Origin: Octopus sinensis
Taxonomy: Eukaryota
DNA length: 64,000 nt
Assembly (NCBI RefSeq): GCF_006345805.1
Contig: NC_042997.1
Coordinates: forward strand, 208,134,001 to 208,198,000
Direction of reading: 5' to 3'
Positions 62,001-64,000 of this stretch are shown here, in pieces. The notes below the pieces were generated by a model. The model saw only the letters and a program-made list of their open reading frames with translations. It had not been told where the DNA came from and searched no databases. The position numbers were made by a program, and so were the translations under genes. How positions within the stretch are numbered: the stretch's first letter is position 1; each line of letters opens with the position of its first letter.

Positions 62001-64000
62001 CAAAGTTTGGCACAAAACCAGCAATTTCAAGGGAGTGGCTGAGTCAATTACTTCAACCCCAGTGCTCAACTGCTACTTATTTTATTGACCATAAACATCT
62101 CTGGAATTTTGGTTTCAAATTTTGGCACAAAACCAGCAATTTCAAGAGAGTGGCTGAGTCAATTACATCAACCCCAGTGCTCAACTGGTACTTATTTTAT
62201 TCACCATAAACTTCACTGGAATTTTGGTTTCAAATTTTGGCACAAGACCAGCAATTTCAAGAGAGTGGCAAAGTCAATTACATCAACCCCAGTGCTCAAC
62301 TGGTACTTATTTTATTGACCATAAACATCTCTGGAATTTTGGTTTCAAATTTTGGCACAAAACCAGCAATTTCATGAGAGTGGCTGAGTCAATTACATCA
62401 ACCCCAGTGCTCAACTGGTACTTATTTTATTCACCATAAACTTGACTGGAATTTTGGTTTCAAATTTTGGCACAAGACCAGCAATTTCAAGAGAGTGGCA
62501 CAGTCAATTACATCAACCCCAGTGCTCAACTGGTACTTATTTTATTGACCATAAACATCTCTGGAATTTTGGTTTCAAATTTTGGCACAAAACCAACAAT
62601 TTCAAGAGAGTGGCTGAGTCAATTACTTCAACCCCAGTGCTCAACTGCTACTTATTTTATTGACCATAAACATCTCTGGAATTTTAGTTTCAAAGTTTGG
62701 CACAAAACCAGCAATTTCAAGAGAGTGGCTGAGTCAATTACTTCAACCCCAGTGCTCAACTGCTACTTATTTTATTGACCATAAACATCTCTGGAATTTT
62801 GGTTTCAAATTTTGGCACATGGCCAGCAATTTCAGGAGAGGGGCAAAGTCAATTAGATCAACCCCAGTGATCAAGTGGTACTTATTTTATTGACCATTAA
62901 CATCACTGGAATTTTGCTTTCAAATTTTGGCACAAGGCCAGTAATTTAAGTAGAGTGGCTACGTCAATTACATCAAACCCAGAGCTCAACTAGTACTTAT
63001 TTTATTGACCATAAACATCACTGAGATTTTGGTTTCAAATTTTGGCACAAGGACAGCAATTTCAAGAGAGTGTCCAAGTCAATTACATAAACCCCAGTGC
63101 TCAACTGGTACTTATTTTATTGACCATAAACATCACTGGAATTTTGGTTTCAAAGTTTGACACAAAACCAGCAATATCAAGAGAGTGGCTGAGTCAATTA
63201 CTTCAACCCCAGTGCTCAACTGGTACTTATTTTATTGACCATAAACATCACTGGAATTTTGGTTTCAAAGTTTGGCACAAAACCAGCAATTTCAAGAGAG
63301 TGGCTGAGTCAATTACATCAACCCCAGTGCTCAGCTGGTACTTATATTATTGACCATAAACATCACTGGAATTTTGGTTTCAAAGTTTGGCACAAAACCA
63401 GCAATTTCAAGAGAGTGGCAAAGTCAATTCCTTCAACCCCAGTGCACAACTGGTACTTATTTTATTGACCATAAACATCACTGGAATTTTGGTTTCAAAT
63501 TTTGGCACAAAACCAGCAATTTCAAGAGAGTGACTGAGTCAATTACTTCAACACCAGTGCTCAACTGGTACTTATTTTATTGACCATAAACATCTCTGGA
63601 ATTTTGGTTTCATATTTTGGCACAAGGCCAGCAATTTCAGGAGAGTGACTAAGTCAATTACATCAACCCCAGTGCTCAACTGGTACTTATTTTATTGACC
63701 ATAAACATAACTGGAATTTTGCTTGCAAATTTTGGTACAAGGCCAGCAATTTCAGGAGACTGTCTAAGTCAATTACATAAAACCCAGTGCTCAACTGGTA
63801 CTTATTTTATTGACCATAAACTTCTCTGGAATTTTGGTTTCAAATTTTGGCACAAGGCCAGCAATTTCAGGAGAGTCACTAAGTCAATTACATCAACCCC
63901 AGTGATCAACCGGTACTTATTTTATTGACCATAAACATCACTGGAATTTTGGTTTCAAATTTTGGCACAAAACCAGCAATTTCATTAGAGTGGCTAAGTC
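53027..64000. repeat. 115-bp satellite array, ~95 monomers, running off the window
   Basis: Monomer AAACATCACTGGAATTTTGGTTTCAAAGTTTGGCACAAAACCAGCAATTTCAAGAGAGTGGCTGAGTCAATTACTTCAACCCCAGTGCTCAACTG(C/G)TACTTATTTTATTGACCAT. Confidence 0.98.

Noticed and set aside
53132-63928. Dozens of 60-230 aa ORFs (MTINITGILVSKFGTKPAISREW...)
   Set aside because: Artefacts of a 115-bp monomer read through shifting frames; no coding signature.
53027-64000. Regular repeat array as a CRISPR-like locus
   Set aside because: Head-to-tail monomers with no unique spacers, no cas genes, and a eukaryotic context.

Overview
Repeat-dominated, AT-rich eukaryotic genomic DNA. The SINE/RTE families, (CAT)n/(TA)n/(GT)n microsatellites and GC-rich 28S D2 fragment suggest an octopus-like cephalopod (inference). 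The only host gene I can support is on the minus strand: three phase-1 exons (52820-51297, 46619-46371, 33651-33472) that splice in frame into a PARP14/9/15-like region ending in one complete macro domain. Everything else is transposon-derived or tandem repeat. Retroelements: RTE, CR1-group, Tx1/L1 and R4/Dong-like LINEs, three large Penelope-like elements (PLEs) plus smaller fragments, tRNA-derived SINEs and a probable LTR. DNA elements: non-autonomous Helitrons (including a composite copy present twice in inverted orientation) and Tc1/mariner remnants. Also present: a 28S rRNA fragment and at least 11 kb of a 115-bp satellite. Most notable: (1) four minimal type-I hammerhead ribozyme motifs in PLE terminal repeats, three with an A-A at the base of helix II; (2) the 115-bp satellite is built partly from a SINE seen elsewhere in the window, starts right after a Helitron-like 5' end and shows 24-mer higher-order repeats; (3) several fold-back rearrangements, one centred on a ribozyme palindrome. 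Family assignments come from remembered motifs, not database searches.
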